DNA of 64,000 nucleotides from the human T2T-CHM13v2.0 reference genome, Homo sapiens, in NCBI RefSeq assembly GCF_009914755.1, contig NC_060945.1; one strand, given 5' to 3'. Made by a program: the position numbers and the translations under genes. Shown here piece after piece: positions 1 through 18,525 of the stretch. The notes under the pieces were generated by a model that worked only from the letters and a program-made list of their open reading frames with translations, was not told the origin of the DNA and made no database searches. Numbering within the stretch: position 1 is the stretch's first letter; every line of letters starts with the position of its first letter.

Positions 1-257
1 CCAAAAGCAATCACAACAAAAGCTAAAATTGACAAATGAGATCTAATTAAACTAACGAGCTTCTGCACAGCAAAAGAATGTATCATCAGAGTGACCAGGC
101 AACCTACAGAATGACAGAAAATTTTTGCACTCTATCCATGTGTCAGAGGTCTAATATCCAGAATCTACAAGGAACTTAAATTCACACACAAACACAAAAA
201 AAAACATCAAAAAGTGAGTAAAGAATATGAACAGACTATTCTCAAAAGAAGACATTT

Positions 258-735
<478 letters not shown>

Positions 736-1554
736 TCAAGAAACACACAAAAAGGAAAAAGAAAAAAGCTCATCATCACTGATGATTAGAGAAATGCAAA
801 TCAAAACCACAATGGGATACCATCTCACACCATTTGGAATGGCAGTTATTAAAATGTCAGGAACAACAGATGCTGGTGAGGCTGTGGAGAAATAGAAACG
901 CTTTTACACTGCTGGGGGCGGGGGTGTAAATTACTTCAACCATTATGGAAGACAGTGTGGTGATTCCCTAAGTATCTAGAACCAGAAATACCATTTGACC
1001 CAGCAATCTTATTACTGGGTATATACCCAAAGGAATATAAATCATTCTAGCATAAAGACACATGCACTCATATATCTATTGCAACACTGTTTACAATAAC
1101 AAAGACTTGGAACCAACTTAATGCCCATTATTGATAGACTGGAAAAAGAAAATGTGGCACATATACACCGTGAAATAATATTCAGCCATAAAAAGAATGA
1201 GTTCATGTCCTTTGCAGGGACGTGAATGACGCTGGAAACCATTCTCTTCAGCAAACTAACACGGGAACACGAAACAAAACACCATATGTTCTCACTCATA
1301 TGTGGGAGTTGAACAATGAGAACACATGGACACCGGGAACAAAACATCACACACTGGGGCCTGTTAGGGGGTTGAGGTCAAGGGGAGGGAGAAAATTAGG
1401 ACAAATACGTAATGCATATGGGGCTTAAATCCTAGACGTCAGGTTGATAGAAGCAGCAAACCACCATGGCACATGTAAACCTATGTAACAAACCTGCACG
1501 TTCTGCACATGTATTCCAGAACTTAAAGTAAAACAAACTAACAAAAATGCACTA

Positions 1555-2200
1555 AGGCTGAGGGGGAGTGGGGTAAGGGCAGGAGTCAGGCGGGGGTGGG
1601 TGCGTCCTGGAGTTTTATCCAGTCATTGACACCGATGTGGGAACCGCCCAATCAGGCGCGCAGTTGGAGAGGACAGGAGAGGAGGGCGTGCCTTCCGGCG
1701 TTTGGCGGGATCTTTGTCTCCCGCTGGTGCTGGCACAGGAACTTGGGATCCGTCTCCTCTTTCGCCTCCTCCACTTTGGGAGCCCCGGGCTACTCTCTCA
1801 CAGCCCCTGTTGCCCTGTGATCTGTAGGTCCTTGGGGACGCACAGTTAAGATGACAGGACATCCTGGAAGCTGGGAAATGGTGAGTATACGGGGTTCGGC
1901 ATCCCGAGAGGGGAGAGCAGGCTGTGAAACCGGCAGGACCGGCCTCCCCACGGTTAGCTCCGAGTCTCCCGCAGCTTGGCCCTCAGTCCCCTGTGGCTGC
2001 AAGATGGCCGCTGGGCCAGCAGCGAGGACCCCCACGTCCCGTCCGGCCCATCCGGTGCTGTCCCTGGGCAGCGCCCTGCTCTGCGCCCACAGCCATGAGT
2101 ATTTCCCAGATTGTTCAGGGAGGCCTGGTGGGTCATCAGGGAAAATCCGCGACTGGGTGTTTGCGTGGGAGGAGCTGCGGCCCGTGGGGTCCCCAGTCTC
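1555..2200 (+). promoter_or_regulatory. CpG-rich KRAB-ZNF (ZNF91-family-like) promoter, exon 1 and start of intron 1
   Basis: CCAAT at 1648-1652; ETS-like CTTCCGG at 1692-1698; family-typical exon 1 text (tttggcgggatctttgtctc...cacagttaagatg...ggaagctgggaaATG) with ATG 1878-1880 followed at once by donor GTGAGT; YY1-type CAAGATGGCCGC at 2000-2011; many intact CpGs. Confidence 0.75.
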
Positions 2201-2759
2201 TCTTGTTAAAAATTAAGGGGAGTCTATGTTAAAACGTTAACCAGTTTATCTGAACAAAGAGTGATTGGTGAAATGGAAAGCACCCAGCCATGATTTCTGG
2301 TCCACCAGAGGGGCATAAAGGAAAGGCTTTCATAAGATGCATGAGAAAGCAGCCCAAATTCAAAAATTGGTTCCAGTTATGTAGTCACCTTATTTGAACT
2401 ATCCAGATGGAAATGTCCTGGTTACATATTCAGAGGTTAATTGCATGTTTGCCATTGGTTAAACGTGCATTTTGTTTCAGGCTAAGATAATGGTTTATAG
2501 GAAATGTATTTGAGTTAGGTTTTAGTTTTTTTTTTTTTTTTAACCTATGAACCCAGGACACTAGAGCCACTTTAGTCTAATTTTCTGCTCTTTAATTATT
2601 TTAACTCTCCAGAGGAGGACTGGTTTTCTCCTGTGTTTTTTTTACTATATGGCAAGTGGAACCTCTAATCGACCACCCTGTTTTTCAGCCTAACTCAGGC
2701 TTGCGGTAAAATTATCAGTTCCCACTTTCTTTGCTGCATTCTCAAATGCAACACAGGAG

Positions 2760-3175
2760 AACAGCTTTCCCTTGCCAATTTACAATGCTGTTAACTATTT
2801 GTCCTTTATTATACATTTCATTAAAGTTTTCTATTATTGGATTTCTTTCTACTTCTCCCTACAGTTCTGCCCGTATTTTCTTTTTATATTTAGAAGCCTC
2901 CCTTTTGGGTGCATAAATATATATAGCTATATTCACTTGACAAATTAACCTCTATTATTATTGTATGGTAAACTCATTTCATGCTTGTGAGAGACATTGC
3001 TAGAAAGTCTATTTTGTCTAATTTAAGCATAACTACCATTGGACTCCTTTGGCTATTATTTGCATGGAATATCATTTTCTATCCTTTCACTTTTAGCCTA
3101 TGCTCTTAATTCATAATTGAGTCTCTTGTAAGCAGCAGATTACGAGGTTTAAAAGTTTCATTTATCCACTCTATC
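2760..3175 (-). mobile_element. Old L1M fragment
   Basis: ttgcatggaatatcattttctatcctttcactttt and gtctcttgtaagcagca match antisense L1 endonuclease-region sequence. Confidence 0.6.
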
Positions 3176-3545
3176 TGCTTTAGTCTCTTTTGACTGTTAT
3201 AACAGAATATCACAGACTGGTAATTAATAAAGAACAGAATTTTATTTGACTCATGATTCTGGAGTCTGGGAAGGTAAAAGAACATGTTACTGGTATCTGT
3301 TGAAGGTCTAGTTGCTGGATAATAACATGGCCAAAGATGTGAGGGAGAGAGAGCTTTTTTTTTTTTTAATATATAACAGATCCATTCTTGTTAAAATTAG
3401 CCCATTCCCATAATAAGAACATTAATCCATTCATGAGGGCAGAGTGCTTATAGCTTAATTAATTTTTAAAGGTTCCACCTCTTAATTCTATCACATTGGC
3501 TATTTTATCCTAAATTTTGGAGATGACATTCAGTCTACAGAAGTA
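3176..3545 (-). mobile_element. MaLR solo LTR (MST/MLT1A-like)
   Basis: tagtc...tataacagaatatcacagactggtaatt...cattaatccattcatgagggcagag. Confidence 0.7.
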
Positions 3546-3687
3546 TCTGTTTAGTAGATAATTTAATCTTTTTATTTGTAAGGTAGTGATAGGTAAGCAG
3601 TTACTATTGTACATTTGTAGTTTTCTGTCCATTTTAAGTTTGCTTCTTTTTTTTCTGGTTCTGTCTTTCCTGTGGTATTGTTCATTT

Positions 3688-3900
3688 TTGTTGAGACAAA
3701 GTTATGCTTTCTTGCTCAGACTGAAGTGCAGTGGCATATCACAGCTCACTGTAGCCTCAATCTCCTGGGCTCAAGCAATCCTCCCCCCTTAGCCACCCAA
3801 GTAGCTTGGACTACAGACACGTACCACAACACCCAAGGAGCTTATGATTCTTCCACCTTGGCCTCCAAAAGTGTTGGAATTATAAGCAGGAGCCACTGTA
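3688..3900 (-). mobile_element. AluJ-like, internally deleted
   Basis: gagaca...cagctcactgtagcctcaatctcctgggctcaagcaatcctcc. Confidence 0.8.
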
Positions 3901-5158
3901 TCCAATGTGTAATTTTTGTTGTTTGTGTATGCTTTAATTACTTTCTCTTTTTCTTTACTATGTTTTTTTTTCCCCCAGTGGTTATCATGAGACTTATGTA
4001 AAACCTCTTGTATTTTAATAGTCTAGTTTAAGATGATAACAATTTAGAGTATTCTGAATTTCAGTATGTATTTACCATTTTTAGTGACATTTATACTTTA
4101 GTATTTTTCATATTGTTAGTTAGCATTTCGTCATATCAATGTGAAGATTTCTTCCAGACCATGGCTGGAGAAGGAAAGAAGGTGTGTTTTGCCTGATTCA
4201 GGGACTATAGAGAGAACCAAGTTCTGCAGGCCTGTCACCTAAGTCTCAGATGAGTATGAATTCTCTTGTGTTTTTCACAGATTTTTGCAGTGGCAGGACC
4301 AAGTTCAAACGAGTCATAGCCAAGTCTACAGTAAGATGTGGTAGTATTCTGTTTTGAACCGAGGACCATGATTGGCAAGCTTGCCACTTGGTCAAGTACT
4401 TACCCTCTAAAGATGTCTTCCTTGGTCTTTGCCTCCAGCTGGGTGTCACAAACTCTGAACTGGATTCTAAGGCTTTCATGAATGCACTTATGTTTCCTGT
4501 GGCAGCTGCATTATGTTGTGGGGGATGTGCATGCCGAACCTCCCATTCTGTCGTCTTGCTTATGTTACTCTCCTTTATGTTTCACTTTCTCAAATGAATG
4601 TCAAGCTGGTGATTTTTAGATTCAAAAATTCTAAAATAAATTGCTCAAATTTCCACATTATGTAAGCTATTAATAAAATGTCTTGTAGGTGCTACATATT
4701 CATTAAAATTTTTGGTTGTAATTTTAAGCTCACTGCAGGCAGAATGGAATCATTAACATTTATATTCTTTTTTTTAGTCTGTATCTAAATGATGGTATAT
4801 TTTAATTCCAGATATTTACTTTATACTGCAGTAATGCTCGTCATATTTTGCAAAATTTATGTTGTTCTTTTATTTGGAAATATAAGGCTTTTTTAGCTCC
4901 TGAAATCTATATTATAGTCATATAATTTTATTATGTTTTGTGGTAAGAAGTGCAGCAACATATTGAGAACATAATAAAATTATCCTGTATTTTTAATGAT
5001 TATTTATTAAATTCCTCTCATTACAGCCTGTTATTAATGATTGTAATGTATTTTCTGTATAATTTTACTGCAATTTATTAAATTCTAATGACTTAAATTG
5101 TCTGCTTTTCATGAGTGCACACAGTTGAATGCTGTAGATATCTAAAGAAATATTTTTC

Positions 5159-5466
5159 GGCCGGTTGTGGTGGCTCATGCCTGTATTCCCAGCACCTTGG
5201 GAGGCCAAGGCGGGTGGATCACGAGGTCAGGAGATCGAGACAACCCTGACTAACATGGTGAAACCCCGTCTCTACTAAATATACAAAAAATTAGCCGGGC
5301 ATAGTGGCAGGCGCCTGTATCCCCAGCTACTCAGGAGGCTGAGGCAGGAGAATGGCGTGAACTCAGTGGACAGAGTTTGCAGTGAGCCGAGATCGCGCCA
5401 CTGCACTCCAGCCTGGGCAACAGGGCAAGACTCTGTCTCAAAAAAAAAATAAAAAAAAAAACAAAA
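5159..5466 (+). mobile_element. AluY
   Basis: gatcacgaggtcaggagatcgagac and ggagaatggcgtgaac diagnostics; A tail. Confidence 0.9.
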
Positions 5467-5759
5467 CGGTTATTTTCCATTGTAAATCTATGTTGTATTC
5501 AGGATTTTATGCATGAAAATCTCTCTTCTTATTTTCAATTCCGTGTTATTGTGTTTCTTTTCTTGGGAGTTATGTTTTCTCAGATCAGTTAAATGTATTT
5601 TTATTTTAAAACTTGATATCATCAGTTGAAAGATAATTTTTAGCTCGGTACACTTTATCTCAATGTGATGTTTAATATATGTGTGAATTAGCTGTGTTTG
5701 TTGCTTATAGATATATCTGTATGTTTTTCACTTATGTAAGTATGACATCTTTTTCCTTG

Positions 5760-8700
5760 TTTTTTTTTTTTTTTTTCAGTTTCAGATAGGCTTTTTTTTT
5801 TTTTTTAAGAGAATTTTAAAACAGAGTCGAAAGAAGAGAAATCAGTTATTTGTCCTCTTGCAGGGTGGGGAGACAACTTCCTTCCCCACAGGTTTGAGGC
5901 TATGCCTAAGTGGTGAGTCTTGAGGAGATGCAGAAAGGATCCATCCCAGGCACTTGGCTGGACTTAAGTAAGCATAGCCTTTGGGCCACAAGACCTGATG
6001 GTTTGGGTACTGGTCTGGACATAAGTCCCCATCTTCCCAGAAATATCGTCTTTTGTCTGCAACAACTGGCTGGAGAAATATTTCAGAAAGATATGTGTCT
6101 GGAACACCCAAAGGCATACTTTTCCTTTCTCCTTGGCATAGGCCTTGCAGCACTGAAGAAAGACCAGGTTTGCAATGGAGCCTTCAACAGTCTTCATCCC
6201 TATGGAACTCAGGGTCTCATAGGGTGACAGGAGAGGAGACAAAGCTAACTTGGGAAGAGTCTTTGTCCTTCAGCTTCTCCCCTACTGAAACACTATATAT
6301 TGGGCCCACAGTTCATCACAAAACACACATGCTCTCTTTCTTTCTCTCACACCCACATCTTGGGAACCCAAAAAACTTGATGGCAGGTAGCTCTGGGTAT
6401 CCTTGGTCTGGCATTCACCCACTGGGAATCTAAGCTGTCCTAAAGCTCTTTTCAATCACTTCTCACTGTTTCCAGGCCCATGTGGGTAGGTGTTCCAGGC
6501 TTCATTCTTTCAGGCTGATCATAAAGGCACAGTGTGGGAAAATCCCCTACTGTGATGGCCATTGCTGGGAAGCAGGAAAGGCTAAGGGCCCACTGCTGCC
6601 CAAGGCTAGTGTAGACACCCTCTGCTCCACTCATGTCCTCAAAGACTGATATCAGGTGCAGCAGCTGCTGTCTGGAATGTTATCAAACCAGGACTGCACA
6701 GGCACTGCATTCTCTGTGTGGAAGACATAAGAAGCAGGCGAGTTGTCCAGGATGAGAGTTTTCCTCAGGTCCCTCCCCAGATGGCTGAGGTCATTGACAT
6801 AGCAGCCCTGGTGGAACAAACGTAACTCATGCGCTAGGCAACCCGAGAACACCTCACACTGGTCCAGCACACCCATCACAATGTGTCTGGAATTGGTGGG
6901 TTCTTGTTCTCACTGACTTCAAGAATGAAGCCACAGACCCTCACGGTGAGTGTTACAGTTCTTAAAGGTGGCATGTCTGGAGTTTGTTCCTTCTGACATT
7001 CGGATGTGTTGAGAGTTTCTTCCCTCTGGTGGGCTCGTGGTCTCGCTGGCTCAGGAGTGAAGCTGCAGACGTTCGCGGTGAGTGTTACAGCTCTTAAGGT
7101 GGCACATCTGGAGTTGTTCATTCCTCCAGGTGGGTTCGTGGTCTCGCTGGCTTCAGGAGTGAAGTTGTGGACCTTCACAGTGAGTGTTACAGCTCATAAA
7201 GGCATTGTGGACCCAAAGAGTGAGCAGCAGCAAGATTTATTGCAAAGAGCAAAAGAACAAAGCTTCCACAGTGTGGAAGGGGACCCGAGTGGGTTGCCAC
7301 TGCTGGCTGGGGCAGCCTACTTTTATTCCCTTATCTGGCCCCACCCACATCTTGCTGATTGTTAGAGCCGAGTGGTCTTTTTTCACAGGGCGCTGATTGG
7401 TGTGTTTACAATCCCTGAGCTAGACACAAAGGTTCTCCACATCCCCACCAGTGTAGCTAGATACAGAGTGTTGATTGGTGCATTCACAAACCCTGAGCTA
7501 GACACAGGGTGCTGGTTGGCATGTTTACAAACCTTGAGCTAGATACAGAGTGCTGATTGGTGTATTTACAATCCCTGAGCTAGACACAAAGTTTCTCCAC
7601 GTCCCCACAAGACTCAGGAGCCCAGCTGGCTTCACCCAGTGGATCCCCCACAGGGTCTGCAGGTGTAGCTGCCTGCCAGTCTGGCACTGTGCACCCGCAC
7701 TTCTCAGCCCTTGGGTGGTTGATGGGACTGGGTGCCGTGGAGCAGGGGGTGGCACTCATCCAGGAGGCTTGGGCACACAGGAGCCCACGGATGGTGGGGA
7801 GGCTCAGGCATGGCAGGCTGCAGGACCCGAGCCCTGCCCTGTGGGAAGGCAGCGAAGGCCCAGAGAGAAATTGAGCACAGCAGCTGCTGGCCGAGGTGTT
7901 AAGCCCCTCACTGCCTGGGGCCGGTGGGGCCAGCCGGCGGCTCCAAGTGCGGGGTCCGCCGAGCTCGCGCTGGCCTGCAAGCACTGCACGCCGCCCTGGT
8001 TCCCACACGCACCTCTCCCTCCACACCTCGTCGCAAGCTGAGGGAGCCGTCTCTGACCTTGGCCAGCCCTGAAAGGGGCTCCCACAGTGCAGCGACAGGC
8101 TGAAGGGCTCCTAAAGTGCCGCCAAAGTGGGAGCCCAGGCAGAGGAGGCCCCGAGAGCAAACAAGGGTTGTCAGGACTGCCAGCACGCTGTCACCTCTCA
8201 ACAGGATCTGCATACTTGTTCAGGCTGGAATGAAGAGAGCAATGAAGAAAACACATTTAAACAGTTCCTCCAGTCATCTCAGGAACTCATCCATATAAGG
8301 CCTCATGGTCCCCTCAATCTTTACAGTCACTACGCAGTCAGCATTGCTGATTGGCTTAATGGAGCTATGCACAAGGGTTTCATCCATGTCAGTGACCATA
8401 CACATTGTTCCTTGATTTTTCTCTGTCACCTCTGGGAGCAGGCAGGTCCCTGGGATCTGATAAAACTGATACTGGAGACCCTGGAGCTGATCCGACTTAG
8501 CAATGGTGTTGACTCCCTCCTTATGTGTGGAGAACTCAGTGGGGGAACTTGACTTGCCAACATGCTGGGTGCAAGAACAGCAGAAAGTTACCTTCTAAGA
8601 TGTGACAAACATGAGACCTCTTCGGAGAGCACTTTGGAAACCAGGCCTTGCTTGCTAAGGACCAGGGCATCTTCCCTCCATGCCTGGGTGGTGATGGAGC

Positions 8701-8960
8701 CTGGTTCCATCTAACAATCCTGAGGGCTCGGCTGGCTGGGTGGGAAGACAGCGGGCACGTTGGCTGGACTGGGCTGGGGGGCATGGGCTGGGGCCTGATT
8801 CAGTTCCCGAGAGTCTGACTTCCACAGCTGTTCACATACCCCTTCTCCTTTCCATCACAGGCCGGGAAGGGAGGCGGCCTGTAGGGACGGTGGACGGCCT
8901 TGGCAGCAGCTCCCCAGGGTGCCCCCAGCCCCAAATCCCCCAGCAGGAGCTTCAGGATCC
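5760..8960 (-). pseudogene. CTDSP2P: CTDSP2 (SCP2 phosphatase) processed pseudogene, split by LTR12
   Basis: Minus-strand ATG at 8710 (MEPGSI, cf. CTDSP2 MEHGSII). ORF 6652-6879 reads [45 protein letters not shown]. Next frame reads SGAEGVYTSLGQ, with the original stop near 6582-6584. No introns, several frameshifts, poly-T (A tail) near 5760-5777. The symbol denotes the parent family, not a known locus ID. Confidence 0.92.
6882..8200 (-). mobile_element. LTR12 (LTR12C-like) ERV9 solo LTR
   Basis: Minus-strand termini TGAGAGGTGACAGCGTGCTGGC...CCACCAATTCCAGACACA. Tandem CCAAT (gattgg) repeats at ~7390-7590. 4-bp TSD ACAA (6878-6881) / ACAG (8201-8204). Confidence 0.93.
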
Positions 8961-9001
8961 TCAGTTTGGGTCTAACATAGGGAATCCACCTCATACTCAT
9001 G

Positions 9002-12537
<3,536 letters not shown>

Positions 12538-12857
12538 TCTTGGTTTCTGGTGATTATTTTATTCTATCTTGGTGAGTAGTCAGGGAAATAATCTTAAATT
12601 TACAATCAACTTATAGTTTAAATCTAAATAATTATGTGAGAAGAACCCTTTGTTATTTGAAGGGGATGTTTGAAGATTTTGTAACCGTGCCTTTTAGGTA
12701 GTCCTAAATTTCTAATTGTACTTAAAAACATGCCATTTTCATTTCTAACATATTAAGTATATGGTTTAGAAGTGGTAAGTATAGTTCTATTTTTTTTTTG
12801 CAATAGGTTTTAGATAATTTTTGTCTTACAAAAGTAAAAGTGAATACTCATTAATTC

Positions 12858-14038
<1,181 letters not shown>

Positions 14039-14529
14039 TCTTGGTGCACTGCTGAGACTACAACACTTGGTTTCTTTGAGTTTGACTAAATATTTTACAT
14101 AGGTGTAATTATACAGTTTTCCTTTTTGACTGTCTTGTTTTACTTAACAGAATGTTTTCGAGATTTGTCCTTATTGTAGTACTTTTCAAGATTTCCTTAT
14201 TTTTAAGGCTGAATGCTATCCCAGTGAATATACGTGCCCTGTTTGTTGAATCTACTCATCCTTAAAGGTACATTGGCTTCCAGGTAGTATGTTTGTGAGT
14301 AATGCTACAGTGTACATAAATGTGCATATATCTATTCCATGTTCTGCTTTGCCTGTTTGGGATATTTTTCACACACTGATTTAGTACCATGTGTATTCCC
14401 TTGCTTTTGTTGTCTGATTCGTTGATGTTACATCCCCCAAATTATTGCTGAGACCAATTGTCATGAAGCTTCACCCTTCTGTATTGTGCTAGGAATTTTA
14501 CAGCTATAGATTTTACATTATAGTCTTCA

Positions 14530-16676
14530 TATTTTAAAATTGACACATGTAATTGTACAAAATTTGGGGAAACAATTATGTATATATGTTGTATAGCAAT
14601 AAAAATCAGAGTACTTAGTGTAATTATTGCCTCATACATTTGTTATTTTTGTGGTGAGAACATTCAAAAGCTTCTTCTCTAGCTATTTTTTATATCTTTA
14701 TATATTAACTTTTTTTAGAGACAGGATCTTGCTCTAACACACAGATTGGAGTGCAGTGGTGCAATCCTAGCTCACTGTAACCTCAAACAATCTTCTAACC
14801 TCAGCTTCCCAATTAGCTGAGACTACAGGAACCTGCCTCCATGCCTGGATAATGTTTTAATTTTTCATAGAGACGGGGTCACACTATGTTGTCCAGGCTC
14901 ATCTTGAACTTCTGTCTTCAAGTGATTCTCCTACCTCATTCTCCCAAAATGTATGGATGGCAGGAATGTGCCACCACAACTGGTCTCTTTTAGCTATTTT
15001 GTAATATGAGATAACTTTTCATTAATTATTATTATTCTGCTGTGTAACAAAAAACAAAAACTTATTTCTCCTATCTAATTGTAACACAATACTTTTGAAG
15101 CTGCCTTTTCCCATCTCCCTGCTTCAGTCTCTGGTAACCCCTGTTGTACTCTTTGCTTATATCAACCCTTTTTTTCAGGTTCCTCAAATGAGTGAGATAA
15201 TAAGATCATAAAGTATTTGTGTTTCTCTATGTGGCTTATTTTACTTAACATGGTATGCTCAAGGTTCATCCATGCTCTTTTAACTGACAGAATTTTATCC
15301 TTTCTTATAGCTGAATAGTATTTCACTGTGCCTATATAGTACATTTTCCTTATCCATTTATCTGTTGCTGTACATTTGAATTGATTCCATATATAAGCTA
15401 TTATAACTAGTTCTGTAACTAACATGGAAATGCAAATATCTTTTTGACACAGTGATATCCTTTCTTTTGTATATACATGCAGGAGTAAAATTGCTGGATC
15501 ATGTAATACATCTATTTTTAATTTCTTTCAGAAACCTCCATAGTATTTTCTATAGTGGCCATACTAATTTACAATTCCACCAACAATGTATACATTCACT
15601 CATTTTATATCCTCATTAGTACTTGTTTTATTTATTTATTTATTTTTATTATAGCCATTCTAAATGGGAGTGAGGCGGTACCTCATTGTGGTTCGGATTT
15701 TCATTTCCTTAGTGATTAGTAATGTAGAACATATATTTATGTTCCAGTTACCCATTTTTGTATCACTTTTTGACAAACATCTATTGAGATCTTTTGCATT
15801 TTTTAATTAGATTATAAGTGTATTTTATTTTGAGATTTTAAAGTTTCTTATTTATTCTGAATATTAGCCTTTTGTCATATGTATAGCCTGAAAGCATTTT
15901 CTTTTATTGCCTAAGCTGTCTCTTCAATCTTTTAGTTTTTTTAATATGGAAAAGCATTTTAGTTTGACATAATGTTGTTTGCTTATTTTTGATTTTGTTG
16001 CCTATGTTTTGACATGTTATTTTAATAATCCTTTCCCCGTCGAATGTTATAAAGCATTTTTTAGTTTTTCTCTAATAGTTTCATAATTGATAGCATTACA
16101 TTTAAGTCTTTAGTTTGAATTGATTTTCATATATGGCAAGGCACAGGGGTCTAGTATTATTTTTCTGAATTTAAATGTTTAAATGGCCCTGCACCATTTA
16201 TTGAAGAAATTAGCTTTTCTCTAAAGTGTGTTCTTGGCAATTTTGTTGACAATCAGTTGGCTTTAGGTGCATAAACTAACTTCTGGGCTTCTTGGGCACA
16301 TTAGTCTATGTGTTTGTTTTTATGCCAGTACAGTGCTGTTTTGGTTACTATAGCTTTGTAGCAAGTTTTGAAGTTTGATAAAGTGATGCCTTTAGCTTTG
16401 CTTATTTTGCTCAAAGTTATTTGTCTATTCAGAGTTTTTTGTGGATCCACATAAATTTAAAATATTTTTTCTATTTCTGTGAAAAAATGTCATTGATATT
16501 TTGATAAAAATCACGTTAGTCTCTAGATCACTTTGGGTAGCTATATTAACAGTATTCTTCCAGTGTATAAACACAAGATTTTTTCATTTATTCATTTGTA
16601 TTTTATATTTTTTATCCATGTTTTGTCATGTTCAGAGTAGAGATCTTGTACCTTTAAAGTTAAGTTTGTTGCTAGG
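14530..16676 (-). mobile_element. L1MA-type 3' portion (contains an AluJ at ~14710-14985)
   Basis: L1MA-like 3'UTR (gtggtgagaacattcaaa...ctagctatttt) followed by antisense ORF2 sequence. Confidence 0.8.
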
Positions 16677-17045
16677 TGTATTAGTCGGGCTCCCTAGAGA
16701 GATCACAAGATCTCACAATAGGTTGTCTGCAAGTTTTAGGAGCAAGGAGAGGCAGTCCACGTCCCAACGCTGAAGAACTTGGAGTCTGGTGTTTGAGGGC
16801 TGGAAGCGTCCAGCACAGGAGAAAGATGTAGACTGGGAGCTTAGGCCAGTCTCTCCTTTTTAAGTTTTCCTGCCTACTTTATATTCATTGGCAGCTTATT
16901 AGATGGTGCTCACCCAATTAAGAGTGGGCCTCCCTTTCCCAGCCCACTGACTCAAATGTTAATCTCGTTTGTCAACACCCTCACAGGCACACCCAGGATC
17001 AATGCTTTCTATCCTCCAATCCAATCAATTTGACTGCCAGTATAG
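16677..17045 (-). mobile_element. MLT2A-type HERV-L LTR
   Basis: tgtattagtc...gaagaacttggagtctg...cacaggagaaagatgtag...caatccaatca. Confidence 0.8.
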
Positions 17046-17505
17046 CTTAATTGGATGAAATTCAACATTCATTATGATGAAAACTCTCAACAAATTAGTT
17101 CCTCAACACAATAAAGGCCATTTATGACAAAGCAATGCTAACATTATACTGAATAAGGAAAAGCTGAAAGCTTTCTTTCTGAGATCCGGAACAAGACTAA
17201 TCATCCCCACTTTCAGACCTCTTATTCAACATAGTACTGGAAGTCCTAGCCAAGGACATTATGCAAGAGGTAGAAATAAACTCATACTAATAGGAAAGGA
17301 CGAAGTCAAATGGTCTCTGATTGTGGACAAAATAATCTTATATGTGAAAAACTCTAAACACTACACCAAAACCTAATAGAACTACTAAACAAATTCTGTA
17401 ACATTGCAGAAAATCAACAGAGTAGCAGCTTTCTGTATGCTGATAGCAAAACATCTGAAAAATAAAGTTTAAAATTCCATTTTAAAAACTAACAAAAATT
17501 AGTTA
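17046..17505 (+). mobile_element. L1 ORF2 fragment inverted relative to the neighbouring L1
   Basis: Sense ORF2 text: aaaactctcaacaaattag...ttattcaacatagtactggaagtcctagcc. Confidence 0.8.
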
Positions 17506-17514
17506 TTTTGAGTT

Positions 17515-17810
17515 TATTTCTTTATATGAGGTGGAGTCTTTCTCTGTCGCCAGGCTGAAGCACAGTGGTGTGATCTCCGCTCACTGAAACTCTTGCCTCC
17601 TGGGTTCCAGAGACTCTCCTGCCTCTGCCTACTGAGTGGCTGGAACTATAGGTGTGTGCCACCACCGCCAACTAATTTTTGTTTGTATTTTTAGTAGACA
17701 CTTGGTTTCCCCATGTTGGCTAGGATGGTCTTGATCTCCTGACCTTGTGATTCACTTGCCTCAGCCTCCCAAAGTGCTGGGATTACAGGTGTGAGCCACC
17801 GCACCCGGCC
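17515..17810 (-). mobile_element. AluSc-like
   Basis: tctgtcgccaggctg, cctgaccttgtgat. Confidence 0.85.
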
Positions 17811-18213
17811 TTGAGCTTATGTTTTTATTGGTGCAAGGTAAGGTGTAAGTTTGTTATTTTTTCCTTGTAAATTTTTATTATTCCCAATACTGTTTGTTGA
17901 AGAGACTGTTCTTTCCTTATTGTGAATTCTTGGAACAGTTTTTAAAAATACATTTACTAAACCCATGAGGTCTTATGTCTGAACACTCTCATCTGTTTCA
18001 TCATTCATTTGTCTTTATGTCAGTACCAAACTGTTTTGATTACTATACCTTTATAGTATGTTTTGAAATTAGAAAGTATGAAGCCTCTATCTTTTTTTTT
18101 TCCCAATATTATTTGGCTGTTTGCGATCACTTGAAATTCCATAAAAATTATAGAATATTTTAAAACTTCTGCAAAAAGTTTCATTGGTATTTTGTTAGAA
18201 AGTATATTGAATC

Positions 18214-18525
<312 letters not shown>

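Noticed and set aside
7006-8213. Cluster of 100-160 aa ORFs
   Set aside because: Essentially all within the GC-rich LTR12; no recognisable domain.
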